DNA of 61,359 nt, the filler included, from Circinaria calcarea (Eukaryota), in assembly GCA_051942165.1 (NCBI GenBank). It is 15 parts of 15 records of this genome, joined end to end, with 100 filler letters (N's around TTAATTAATTAA, not from the genome) between each part and the next. Parts side by side here need not be neighbours in the genome. Positions count along the whole stretch, not along the records: positions 8,220 to 12,228 come from JAVECS010002507.1; positions 12,329 to 16,334 come from JAVECS010002508.1; positions 16,435 to 20,438 come from JAVECS010002509.1; positions 20,539 to 24,541 come from JAVECS010002510.1; 11 more parts are not named here. One strand, 5' to 3'. Shown in pieces: positions 10,144 through 22,032 of this stretch (positions within the stretch are counted from its first letter, which is position 1; each line of letters starts with the position of its first letter). The translations under genes were made by a program, and so were the position numbers. The notes under the pieces were generated by a model, which did not search any database, was not told where the DNA came from, and saw nothing but the letters and a program-made list of their open reading frames with translations.

Positions 10144-11937
10144 GACGGAGGGTACGAAACGATGTCACAGCTCAATGGCGGAGGAGAAGAGACGAGAATC
10201 AGCACAAGATGAAGATGGGTACTGGAATGAGCAAATATCAGACGGTTTACATGTTCACTATGAGTACTCCGTATACGACTCCTTGGTATTGGAGACATTA
10301 ATAACATACTTCGGCGAATTAAGCAGGCGGAGTAACTATAGCCGCGTTTTCTTGATAGGAGATGAAATAGGACATCAGGGCGTGCTGCTCAAAACCGAAA
10401 GAAGCATTTTTCCGCCATCTGCCGATGTAGAAGCTCTCATTCCTACCAATAACGAGACGGATAAAGCGAGCGCAATCGACCGAGTGAAAGCCATCGCTTA
10501 TGAGATTGAAGCTAAAGCGGAATTCACAACCTTATGGCGGGCGGGATATTGCCAAGCAACCGGTTGGAGAAATAAGGTAGCCATGTGGGCCACGAGGCAA
10601 AAGGTTCTACTCCGTACCATATGGTAAGGCTGTGCGCACGGGGACGCTGCCTCGCTGCGTGGCAACCTGTGCCGAGGTAACTCCTACAGGGGTGAATCCT
10701 TAGTATACAGCTGTTCTCGCTACCACGATCTCGACCAAAGCCGACAATAACTATTCCACCGAACACAAACCAGGGAAGGCAATATACCCTTAGATCTTAT
10801 TGACTCAACGAAGGGTGAGACAGAACAACGACAAGAAACCGGAGGACTGGTCCCGGATATGCTATTCCGTGGAACGCCTTAATCAATCGGGCGGAGGAAG
10901 CTAAGCGGAATCCTTTCGAACGGCGTATTGCGGCACCGAAGACTCGAGATATCCTCGTTAAGCTAGGCGTAACCCTAGCTTCATAGCCCCCTGTCATTCC
11001 TTATTCTGGTCGCATCGAACCATGGCAGGCGTTTGAACGCGATCAACATGCGGACCGAGAGGGAGGGGAATGGAAAGAATTTACGAATAATGTGGTGTAA
11101 AGAGGACGGAGGTGGAGAAAGAGTTGGAGTTGGTAGATGAAGGTAGAGGTGAGGGAGAAGAAGGACAGGGTAGAGAAGAGCGCAACATAGAGCTCCGTAG
11201 TAAAGATGTCAACAATAAGAAGGTGGGGAAGAAAGACATGCGACGAAGAGGCCAATGGTGAAGAGGAAGCGAGCCTGCGAGAACTGCAGGAGCAAGGATC
11301 ACGAGTTTCTCTGCTGTGCTAGGACGAAGACGAATGCCACATGGATGGGTTCTATACATAACCAAAAGGATATGCTGCGACAATCAGCTCTTTGACGCTG
11401 AATGATCTCCAGCGACCACAAAGGACCAGATCTCTGCCTTCCATGATCCACGTTATTCAAGCCGTTATCCTGTTGCATTGGAACTCGAAGTATTTCGGAA
11501 TTTTAGCGTCTTGAGGTCGTATCCATCTTGACACAATGGTAACCAGATCGGCAACGTCATCTTAAAGATGTTACTGTGCGCCGCGATGCGCATTCTCGGG
11601 AAAGGAACTCGAAGAGGAGGAGGTGGGCCTCAAGGGATCTTAGAGAAAAGGAGAAGCTATTTGTTAGGGTTGTCTGTCTTCGCTTCTTTCGCTCCACATT
11701 GATTTGAACGAGTCATCGAACTCGGATTCATGTATCTTCGGCCTACTATCGAGCGTATTCTAAGCTGGTTTTCTGATACAAGAAGAGAAATCTAAAGCTG
11801 ACGCAGAGGTAATTAACAAGATAAGAAATTGTCATTAAATTTGGATTAGGCCAAAGAGAAGTTTGATAGATGAGAGACGGAAGGCGGTTTACAGGTTTGG
11901 CTGCAATAAAGATACGCTTGTGAAAAGGATGTGCACA

Positions 11938-12228
11938 TCACGTCAACGGATCTAGTAGTTCCGGCTCAACGAAACCCGTCTGCTGTGTTATCAGTCTGTA
12001 TGAGTCAATTCTTCGATGTCGTCCAAAATCGAACGTCTGCCACACCAAGTCAGTATTCTCAATTACCGGCCCTTGGCGAGAGAGGAAACTCACCTTCGTT
12101 TTCCCCTGTGCACATTCCTCAAGATCAATCTCCACCACCACGGCCTCATCCCCTTTGCCGCTAGTCTCCTTCAATATTCTCCCCTGCGGGCTCACGATCG
12201 AACTCCCTCCGATCAAGTCATACTTCCC
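11938..12228 (-). CDS. Carbon-nitrogen hydrolase (nitrilase superfamily, N-carbamoyl-D-amino-acid amidohydrolase-like), C-terminal fragment
   Basis: GKYDLIGGSSIVSPQGRIL..DEAVVVEIDL..TFDFGRHRRIDSYRLI; in-frame 57-nt intron 12093-12037. Confidence 0.8.
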   Translation of the reverse strand, partial: GKYDLIGGSSIVSPQGRILKETSGKGDEAVVVEIDLEECAQGKTKVSFLSRQGPVIENTDLVWQTFDFGRHRRIDSYRLITQQTGFVEPELLDPLT

Positions 12229-12328
12229 NNNNNNNNNNNNNNNNNNNNNNNNNNNNNNNNNNNNNNNNNNNNTTAATTAATTAANNNNNNNNNNNNNNNN
12301 NNNNNNNNNNNNNNNNNNNNNNNNNNNN

Positions 12329-13747
12329 AGCGAACAGACTCCTATCGAAGATAATCCGCCCTGGAGCAAATGGCTCCGCTGCCAGCCTGAGCTCAACTAG
12401 GATGAAGAGGACGAACAGTGGAAGCGTAACAGAGAGAAAGGAAACTGTCGCCTTGTCAGACCAAGCAACATTACTACCTCGGTCGAGTCCGAATAGCAAG
12501 GTGAAAACGGCCAAGATGAGAATGAATGTACCGGGGAAGTCAATTCTCCGAAGACCCTTTCTCCAGCTGACCCTGTCCTTGGCTGGTAATCTTAATACGG
12601 TGCCGACAGTGACGATAGCTAGACCACAAAGCGGCACCTGAGCGAGAAAGGGCCTAACAGCTGTCAGCCCATGCTACAGAACAATGTGGTCCGAAAAAAA
12701 AACTCCCACCATCTCCAGCTCAAATAATCTGCTAATATACCTCCTACCATTTGTGTCAGTGTGACTCACTTCGATATCTCCATTTGCATTCAGGGTAGAG
12801 GTTTGGCTAGAACGAGAGCTCTTTCCAAGGCACCAATGTCGCTCATGAGAAGGATATTGCGGGAGGCTACTGCAGAGATTGTACTTGCATAGAGAGAGCT
12901 GACGAAGAAGGGCAATGAGGTAGGTAGAGCCATACCGAGTGGAGCACCACAACCTGAACCGGCTGCGTAGATGATATTTATAATGCCCTGCCAAGTCCCC
13001 TTTTCCCGGAGCGGGACGATTTCGCTAAACATGATGGATACCACAGTGGTCATACCACCGCCACCAATTCCAGCAAAGGCCTGTTCCTCACACATTAGTG
13101 ACTTTACCCCTGCTAAAGACAGACTCGGCCTACTCTCGCAGCAATGAGCTCGTGGATATTCCTCGCAAGCCCGCAGAAGAGATAACCAAGTCCAAATACT
13201 CCATAGGCAAAAAGGAGTACGGGTTTCCTTCCAAAGATGTCGCTGAGCTTTCCATAAAGGGGTTGGAAGGACGTTAGGGTCATGAAATATCTAAGGCACA
13301 TATCGTCAATGCTCATTGCCAATCCCAGAAAGAACTGCTTTGCTCACGCTGTTGCGACCCAAGAAGTCTTGTCCAATGCCTCTAGGTCACTGCCAATTTT
13401 TCCATAGCACGCGACAACGATTGTCTGGTCCGTAGCAGCCAAAAAAATCTATCGATCATTTATTATTCGCCAATTCACGTTTTGGAACAGCTGCTGAAAC
13501 AAACCCCGAGGCCGAGTGCAGGCATAATATATTTGAGCTTTACTTTAATCGCTGGTAATCCATCATGGTTTTCTATTCTATTGTCCTGTTTCTTCTGGCT
13601 CTCCTCATCCTCGTTAGACCCAATGTGACCATGTCGCTTGATAGAGCAACTGCCATTGGTAAGGGTGCTGCTTCCATAACCATATTCGACATTACTATGG
13701 GAGCTCTGCCGGAGCAGAGGGCTTGTCTCGCCGTCCTTTACAGACAT
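12329..13747 (-). CDS. MFS drug:H+ antiporter (14-TMS DHA2/Vba-like), multi-exon, 3' truncated
   Basis: MSVKDGETSPLL start; TSFQPLYGKLSDIFGRKP (MFS motif A), AGIGGGG (motif C), PLREKGTWQG, RIDFPG and EPFAPGRI. Confidence 0.9.
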
Positions 13748-15356
13748 AGATGTATAGAAGCCCTGCTCAACAATAGGGAATTCCAATCTTAGTATGGAGG
13801 AAGAGGACGTATCAGCTAGCACGAAGCTTTATTCAGGGGGTTTGGAAGCATTGCAAGTAAAATATACCACAAATCTTCTGTACCCACACTCCCTTGGCGG
13901 AGGTGTATTGACACAGTTGTGTCAGAGCAACCGAAGATTTCCGAATTGTTTCCTTTCCCAATCACCCCATTGAACGACCAGGCCGTACGTGGCCAGACAC
14001 ATACTTTATTAAACGCCATAACGATCCAGTGACCCAGCGCAGCAGTACGAAAAGGAACCCCTCGCTGACGCCCGGCGAAACTTCCCCTCGACGTGGGAGA
14101 GAAGACGCTGTATCCCTCTCCGCAAAATCTTGGCCTCCTCCGTTGGGCCAACTGACCCGAGTACGTCCGCCTCGAATTCACTGCACATCATATCATATCA
14201 TATCATGTTGATAATGACGCCTCGATCGAAAAATTGCGTACTTAGGGCTGTCATATATGGCGCGTGACACCAGTAGAATATGTAAAACCGACGAAATGTG
14301 GTTCTCGACCCAAGCGGGACGGAAGCCGACTGGCTGCTTCAATCAACGCCATGTCTTCTTCTTCTTCCTGATGTTTGGAAGAAGTTGGAGGCTGGTGGAG
14401 CGAAGTATCTTCATGGCTTCTCGTAAACATACTGATAAGGCTTGAGTGAGGTACGTTTGTCCTCGCACCGAATTTCGCCGACCTTAGGCCCCAAGCTCCC
14501 ACCACTCCGCTCACTACGCTCTTTAGACCTACCTTTAAGTCAGTAGTCTCCGCACCGCACCTAGATCTCGCCATACAAATCCAGCATCCCATCTCTCTCT
14601 CCCGCTTCAACAAATCTTCCGCATGACCTAACCATCCCGAGTCAACCCCAGCAACTATAGCAGTAGCAGTAAAGACAAAGGGGGTTTCATCGCCAGCGCC
14701 AAATTTGGTGTACCGAAAGGGTTCTACGTACAATAGCTGCCTTCGGACCACTGGTGGAATTTGACCCGCTCGACCGCTCGGGCTACCCATTATGATTATG
14801 TCAAACGTACCAGGAGCCCTGAAAGGGTTCGGGTAGAAAGAACCTTTATCGCCGGGGGAGAGAGGAGGGGCGGGGGTTTGGTTTATCGTGGAGATTTCTA
14901 TAATGGTCGGATGGGGGTAGGGTTGGTATAGGGTTTGGTAGTAGGAGATGGGCATGGGGGAATAGGCGAACTGAATATGGTTTGGTTGGACGTGGGGTGT
15001 TGCTGCGCAGTGTGGTTGTTTAGGGTTCGAGGTCGGGTTCGGTTAGATAGTGCAGTAAACAGTGGGACTCGTCAGCGGAGGGCATGGAGCTGTGAAAGAG
15101 ATCTTTCAATGTTAGGTAGGACTAATTGGTAGTCAACCAATGATATGATCTGGTACGGTAAGCAAAATCCGCTATTTTGTACAAGCATTGCTTTTCCGAG
15201 GTAAGTTGCCCGCTCCTCCGAGTACAGAAAAAGCAAGCAGACCAAGCAATAACGTACAAGGGGGGTATTGATACATGCTAGTCAAGGATAATGCAGTCTT
15301 CTTGCTTTGATGCAACCCCCGGATACTCAAATGCCGCCCTCCTGCGAAGCCATCAC

Positions 15357-16334
15357 TCAAGAGTTGAGTAGGGGCTGTCTCTCCCGATCTTCATCGATAA
15401 GATCATCGCTGTCACGGGTAAGCGTAAGCTCCTTCCCAAAATATGCTGGGACAGCCACTGTTAGACTGGCAATGAAGAGGAGCGACATGATGACAAAAGC
15501 GAAAATCCACTGAAAAGCAACTACTTTGATGCCGAGCTGATGGACCGCGAGGGCTATTCTATCATATTAGCTTGAAACACTCCTGAAAATTCGAAGGATA
15601 AGGCATGAAGAGAAAGGCGTACCAGTGGTAAGAACGCTCAGGTTGAACCCCATGGTATAGTCCTTGAAAGCCACCAAAAAGGCCAACCCGAACCCCAAAA
15701 TCGACCAAATCGCCAGATTCGCCAGTATTCTCGCCGCTAAGCCATGAGCCCCGACCATGGCGGCTCCATTCCAGAAGATAGCCACAAAAGTCCAAGCCAA
15801 CGGTCCCGAAATGACAGGGATATGGATAAGGCGACGAGTCTGATGATGACGGAAATAGAGAATCATGAGATTGAAGAAGTTGATGATCAAGAGAAGCTCC
15901 GCCGGCCAGAAATGACCGTGAACCCACAGGAGAACGAAGCCAAATTGAAGGAGATTGTTGATGATGAAATGGCTCCCGACGTTGGCAGCGGAGGTCGCCC
16001 AGGTATCATCGAAAAGGTGGTAAACATAACCAAGTTGAAGAAGAAACAGGATAATCCTACGTAGATGGGTTAACTATGTAGTCTTCGTATTTCCTTTCAG
16101 CCTGAACTACCAATAGATATCCGTGATAAACGGGTTCAATGAGAACGGGGTGGGATGGGCTTTGTTCTGTCCCCAGATGGTTCTGTTCGACTTGCCGCCA
16201 TTTGGAGCATCAAATGAATATAGGATGCTGACGACGAATACAGCAAGCCAAGATGCAATCGTGAGGAAGCGGTATATAACCAGGGAACGCTTGTCATGGG
16301 CTTCGCGCCTCGAGAACGGGTTCACTAAGGGGGG
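15357..16334 (-). CDS. DUF1774-like multi-pass membrane protein, 5' truncated
   Basis: NPFSRRE..TPFSLN..IYW; HFIINN..F..LWV; HIPVISGPLAWTFVAIFWNGA; KDYTMGF; QWIFAFVI; C-terminal ERQPLLNS* with stop at 15359-15357. Confidence 0.78.
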
Positions 16335-16434
16335 NNNNNNNNNNNNNNNNNNNNNNNNNNNNNNNNNNNNNNNNNNNNTTAATTAATTAANNNNNNNNNN
16401 NNNNNNNNNNNNNNNNNNNNNNNNNNNNNNNNNN

Positions 16435-17377
16435 ATATCTCTTGCCTCGTGTCCCAGAAACCACAACCTTGCTACGCGGACAGAAATCTACTGGTTTGTC
16501 AAGAGTTTTCAGGAACAAGCACGCGAAGATCGAACGCCGCATGGCCACGCTAGGAGCCTTGACCGGGGCAACAAATTGCGATGATATGAAGGTCATGGAA
16601 TGTGCTTTAGTCCGCGAATACTTTCGCTTCGAAAGAGAATGGACCGTCAAAGAGGAAGAAAAAATCACGGCTGCGGATGGCCGAAAGGTGCGGTGGATCG
16701 TAATCTACGCCATCCTGCAAAACCTTGTATCCGTTACACGGGCACCAAGGGAAGTGCGAGATACGGAGGGTGTTTCATATCCGCTTTGTTGTCAAGTAGC
16801 AGGCACACCGCCATGGAGAGTTGGTACCATCCCCCAGAAAATTACTGGAAGTAGGGTTTCAGTTGCCACGCCTGTGGAGACGACCATGGAGATTACACCG
16901 GACCTGGATCGTTTCATTTTCAAATATCCCGTTACGCCCCCGCAGGTACAAACCCCTGACACGCCTCGATCCCGAACTGTCTCTGTCAGCAGTCTCGCCA
17001 CCATACATTGCCCGCAGCCGCTCAGGAAGATTTCGGGAATCTTGACCAACGGTCATGGATATGGTTCAAGCATGGAGGCCGCCGACTCCCCATCCACTCC
17101 ATCTGTTGCGAGCGATGGCAATGATAGTGGGTGGAGTGCCAAGGAAGGCTCCAGTGATGATGGGTTCTCGATAATGGATCATATCAGTATGGCGGGGAGT
17201 GCGAGCGTCAACGGAGACCACGAAGAGAAATCCGCAACCCCCACAAAGGACACGTTGGCCAAGTCCTCGGCGGCGAAGACAGACAGTTCACACAGTTGCG
17301 TCAACAAGGCCTACTCGGTGGATAGCTTCCAGACAAGGCATAGTAATCCCGAGCTCGATCGATATATCATGTCTTGA
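16435..17377 (+). CDS. Conserved fungal protein of unknown function, C-terminal part
   Basis: Open 311-aa frame with conserved-looking block DGRKVRWIVIYAILQNLVSVTRAPREVRDTEGVSYPLCCQVAGTPPW and a Ser-rich tail. Confidence 0.8.
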
Positions 17378-20143
17378 AAATCTTTCGGAAGGAGAGTTTG
17401 TTGGGGTTTGTTTATTAAGCGAAGGCGTTTGATACCCTCATGATCGTCTGTTATGGTAGCCGAACAGATGATCAAATCTTAGTTCACAACTGTTTACACA
17501 TTTTGCAGCGTCCATGGTCGCTTGATTCTCGAATTCTAGTGGAGCTCCGAATTAATGATGCCCGCAAAGACTCATAGATCGGTCGTGTTTGGTCAACCCA
17601 GCTATTCATTTGCCATTGTACAGTCTTGGCTATAAACACTCACTTCTCCGACGGGTTCCGGTCCACGGAGTTTGGACTGAGGCCCGTTGCGTATCGGTCT
17701 GGAGCATCCAGATTAGGCTGGCACGGTCAATCAAATCACCACAGTTATCCCTCGTCAAGCTTCAGGCTCGAGCCATACGTACGGCATGGGGGAGGCCCTC
17801 GGTTTTTCGGCACTGGGATTTAGGCAATTCAAACTACACGGATGATGGGATCCAGTCACTCTATTATCATCCGTCAGTTTAGTTTCCTCCATCGCGCAAG
17901 GCCAAAAAGATGAATTGGCCGATGGTTCCCTTTCCGGACGGGTTGGCCACGCGCGTAATCGTAGTCTAGTTTGTCATGTGACAGGGAGTACCGATTTGCT
18001 TTGGAGATACGGAGAGCGTGGCAGGAATGTGATCAGCTGCATCCGCAGTACCGTTGTTGTTATCTTGCAATATGATAATACAACGTCAGACTGCCTAGAT
18101 TGCAGTGGATTTCGCTGGCTCGCTCGCTTTTGGCGTTTTGCTTTTCTCGCTTCCATTATAGAACCCCCCCCATGCTGCCGGTAAAGGCATCTTCTAGTTC
18201 ACTCCCCCCTCTCCTGTAGACAGCACCACCAGGCGGTATCGAGCACCTTGATATCGGCGTATAACAGGCTGGGAGCGGATTCTGAACTGAAAGACGGATC
18301 CTTGGGACGGAGAGATGACTTTGTGGTTTGCAGAGCCTGCAGCAACCCTCCGGATACAATCACGTTACCCGTGCATCACTGCCTGTCTGGATATGGGATC
18401 GAGATTCGCGGACGTTGGTAGCAGCAGCAGATGATGCATCTTGCGGAGATGCAACGGCCCCCTGAGTCGAAGTTTCCCACGCCCAAGGGTTGAGGTATCT
18501 TGCCTTCGATACACGATAGCGATTCTCCGTAGCCGGACGAAGCTGCATGTCTGGAATTCTGTGATCCCTCGGCCGGCCCTCCAGCCAAAATTTCCACAGT
18601 GACACTGCCATCATAGGTAGGGGGATAGAAGACCGGATCACGGATCGGAGCTCAAATGCCATGTAAAGTCAGCGTGGATGCCCGTTATCAGTCTTCTAGG
18701 ATCCCACCTGCGTGTACAGCCAAGGGTTCTGCGTCGCTGTACGTCGACTGGGAAGTGTTCAGTGGTGGTCTAGCCGTAGATGGCAGAAGCAAGCCTGAAG
18801 ATACCGCTCAAGCTGATCCCGCTAACGCTATATATGGCGCCCTAGGTCAGCGTCAAAAACAGGCTGGAAACGCATGAGGACGATACGGAAAATGTGACGA
18901 GTAAGTTCTGTCCGTGAGGATCAGACACGGAGAGGTTCCAGTTGGACTACCACAAGACTACACGATCAAGTAGCATCTTGACGTCAGAAATATCCTCCCA
19001 CCTTTGTAGGAGCTAAAGATTCTCTTTGGGTGGAAAATCTCGCTTTCTACATGTGAGATGCACACCGGCCGACTACCCTGACCCATTGACCGTCAACAGA
19101 ACGCAATGCACTTCTTAAGAGACTGACCTAACAAGCCATAATCTATGATAACCTCAATGTAATATTAGCTGTCTGAGGCCGTGAGGCAGAGCTCCTATCC
19201 CCAGCTGAAATGGCATCCACTCTTGACTCCTCCTTTCCCCCCATAGATACCTAGATATACACCACAGCAATCGCAATTTGCAAACAGCAAGGTAACACCG
19301 CCCCCACCCCTCCTCCTACCGATATTTATCCTCATTAGACCTTTGCACAGACTGACTCTCTTCCAGCATCTGAGGGAGAAGAAAGGGTGAACGGCTTGAT
19401 AGGGTAGTAAGCATCCATAGTTTCAACCAACAACCAAGGTCCGCCAGAAAAAGGCCGGCGGTCGAGACTGGTTCCGTCAGACTAATCAAATGGACGTCGT
19501 AGGAAAAGGAGGGGGGGGTCTAAACTTGACGGGCGTGAGCATTCAGGGGTGGCCAGTGGACAAGTCCCTCGAGGCCAGGAAGACGGAGCGATTAGAAGGT
19601 AAGGTGCATTTGGAAACACGCAACGTCGTGATTTACGGCAAAGGACAGATACCCTCCCCGACACGGTAAAGGATGCACGCCTTGCTGCGGAGGGGAAGCG
19701 GAAAGAGAAAGAGGGCAACTTGGGAGGTGAGCCAATACCTCCGTAGACGAAATTCCTGTACTCGGTTTGTTGGTGGGTTAAGTACCGATCACGAGTTTAC
19801 CAATTATGATAACATCTAGGAAATCCCTACTTGGAAACTGCTTAAGGATATCTGTAGCTGTAGCAATACCCAGACATGTACAGACAGCACACCACCACCA
19901 ATACCGTCCATTTCTTTTGCCGTGCCGTGTCGTGTTAGAGCAGTGCTCGGAAGAAGGAAAAACAGGAACAGCACGTTAGCAAGAAACAAGGAGTCTTCAT
20001 TAACTTAATGCAGCATGACAGATATGAATACCAGGTTGAGACACGAATCGAGGAAAGGGTTGGAGTAAGGATTTCATGGGAACCGATTATGCTCTGCCAG
20101 TAAGGCACTCCGAATGCTAGATCTGATAGGAAATTTAGATCTT

Positions 20144-20438
20144 TCATATTTTGCCCTCAGCCCTAGCTTCCTTGACCTGCTCAAAAACCTAGGCGGATTT
20201 TAGTAGAAGCCCAAATTGCAGACTCGAGCACACAAACCTTTAGCATCTTCCTTCTCGCCCCGAGTGCATTAACACCGCGTTCATCCAGACCTTTATCGTC
20301 AAGCTCAATCAATTCGGTCCAGTTCATGTCCTTGAGGTTATCCGTGTATTTGTGAAGTCTCAGACTTCTCAACCAGCTCGGTATATCTTGCAAGAGACTC
20401 GGATCGGTTGGATCCTCAGGAGGTTTCGACGTCCCTCG
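20144..20438 (-). CDS. VTS1: Vts1/Smaug RNA-binding protein, C-terminal SAM domain (5' truncated)
   Basis: [42 protein letters not shown], intron, then [14 protein letters not shown]. Confidence 0.93.
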
Positions 20439-20538
20439 NNNNNNNNNNNNNNNNNNNNNNNNNNNNNNNNNNNNNNNNNNNNTTAATTAATTAANNNNNN
20501 NNNNNNNNNNNNNNNNNNNNNNNNNNNNNNNNNNNNNN

Positions 20539-21768
20539 ACATGGAAGAATGGAAGGCCAGTGTCGTCCGCAACATGGTTTTTGGTCATGACCGCCTGAAC
20601 TTCTGCATCCGACATATCGTCCGTAGCTTCTTGTCCTACCTTCTCCATTCCCTCGTATTGCACCACTTTGAGTTGACCAAGTATCTTTGCACACAGGGAG
20701 GTGAGATTTGAGTTTTCGACCTTCTCGAAATCCTTTGATTTCAACTCTTCAGGACGAACAGCATCCCGGGGATCCCGTTTTTGAAGCCGTTCTCTCCGTT
20801 GTGTTTGCTTACGAAACTTTTTCTGCACCGATAATGGCCCAAGAAGAAAGCCTGGCACCGGAGGTCGTAAATTGTGAGGAAAACATGCTTTTCGACCAAG
20901 CCACTCCCAGTTAAACGCGTCGCCTTCATCCGCACTTCCCTCTGCAGCACTTTCACCATCATCACTATCGTTCCGTGCGCGTCGACTTCGCTGTGTAGCA
21001 GGGCCTGAGAGGCCAGTCTCACCATCACTTGGGCCCTTTCTCATGAAGGATATGCACTTAGTCACGAACTCGTTCACGTCAACCCCTTGCTGGGAGTCTC
21101 CGAGCTTAAGATGTTGTGATCTTCTGGCAGAAAGATCTCCCGTAGTGACAAGTAGTCGTGAATCAAGGGTGGCATCGGAGGTCTGCTTAACATTGGTATA
21201 TATGTCATTGGCTTTGTTGACAGTGTCCACTAGACCAGTAGAATCTGCGGTCATGTATTCCGCGCGGGAGTCTGTCGAAAAGCGATTAGTCTTTTCCCGG
21301 CCCAAGTGGTATAACTTCAGATTTACCGGCTAGTTCTCTGAACAAATCCCTGATTCCTTTACGGACCACACGGCGCTCTTCAATGGGTTGATCAGGATCA
21401 TAGAACTTGGTATCTTCAACTTCATCCAGCTCTCTTTGATGGGCGATCTGGCTAGCGTTATTGGGCGCATGGCGCTCACCTAACCTCCTCCTCTTGTTTG
21501 CATGGGGTGTGGCTGGCTCGACCGACGAAGGCGTCGGCATCTTAGGAGGGGGCATGGTTCTTGATTTGCCATTCGCCTGTCGACTCGTACTGGCAGAGGC
21601 TTCCCGATTTTCTTTATCGGATGAGAAAGAGGCAGCAGGCGATGGTGATAATGAGCCTGGGTTGACTGACGGGCGACTGGGTGGCTGGCGCGTCGAAGTA
21701 GAGCGTGCTGATGGTATGTCTTCGTGGTCATCCTCCTCAGCCGATGGCCTTCGAGCTAATCGTGCCAT
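20539..21768 (-). CDS. NSE4: Smc5/6 complex kleisin subunit Nse4, 3' truncated
   Basis: FYDPDQPIEERRVVRKGIR; NVKQTSDATLDSRLLV; FNWEWLGRKAC; FLLGPLSVQKK; one intron near 21330-21273. Confidence 0.9.
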
Positions 21769-22032
21769 CGTGAAGTATAATGCCGTGATCGTCTAACTAA
21801 TGTAAATGGCTGTATTGACGGTGAAGTGAAGTCAGGGCGTGATTGCCCATTTACGCGCGATGGTCCAAGCTTCAAGGTGTGCCTAGAGATGACTGTCACA
21901 AACGGCTCGCCTACAGGATGGATCACAGTCTAAGCCCTACCCGCCCTAAGCTCTAGTATACCTTAGTTCTAGAGGAAGCTGTTGATACGGAAGGTTCTCC
22001 GTTTCAATGTCGACTCAATAGAGCGAGATGAC

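Noticed and set aside
10142..10627. 161-aa plus-strand ORF
   Set aside because: Starts on top of the ATG of the divergent secreted gene and covers its promoter; no motif; probably spurious.
10969..10980. TAACCCTAG as a telomerase RNA template or telomeric seed
   Set aside because: Single imperfect match with no supporting structure; similar 7-9-mers occur by chance elsewhere in the window.
12746..12935. Unusually long MFS intron as a snoRNA host
   Set aside because: No convincing C/D box pair or H/ACA structure seen.
14251..14955. 234-aa minus-strand ORF
   Set aside because: No recognisable motif or coherent composition; cannot be supported, though not excluded.
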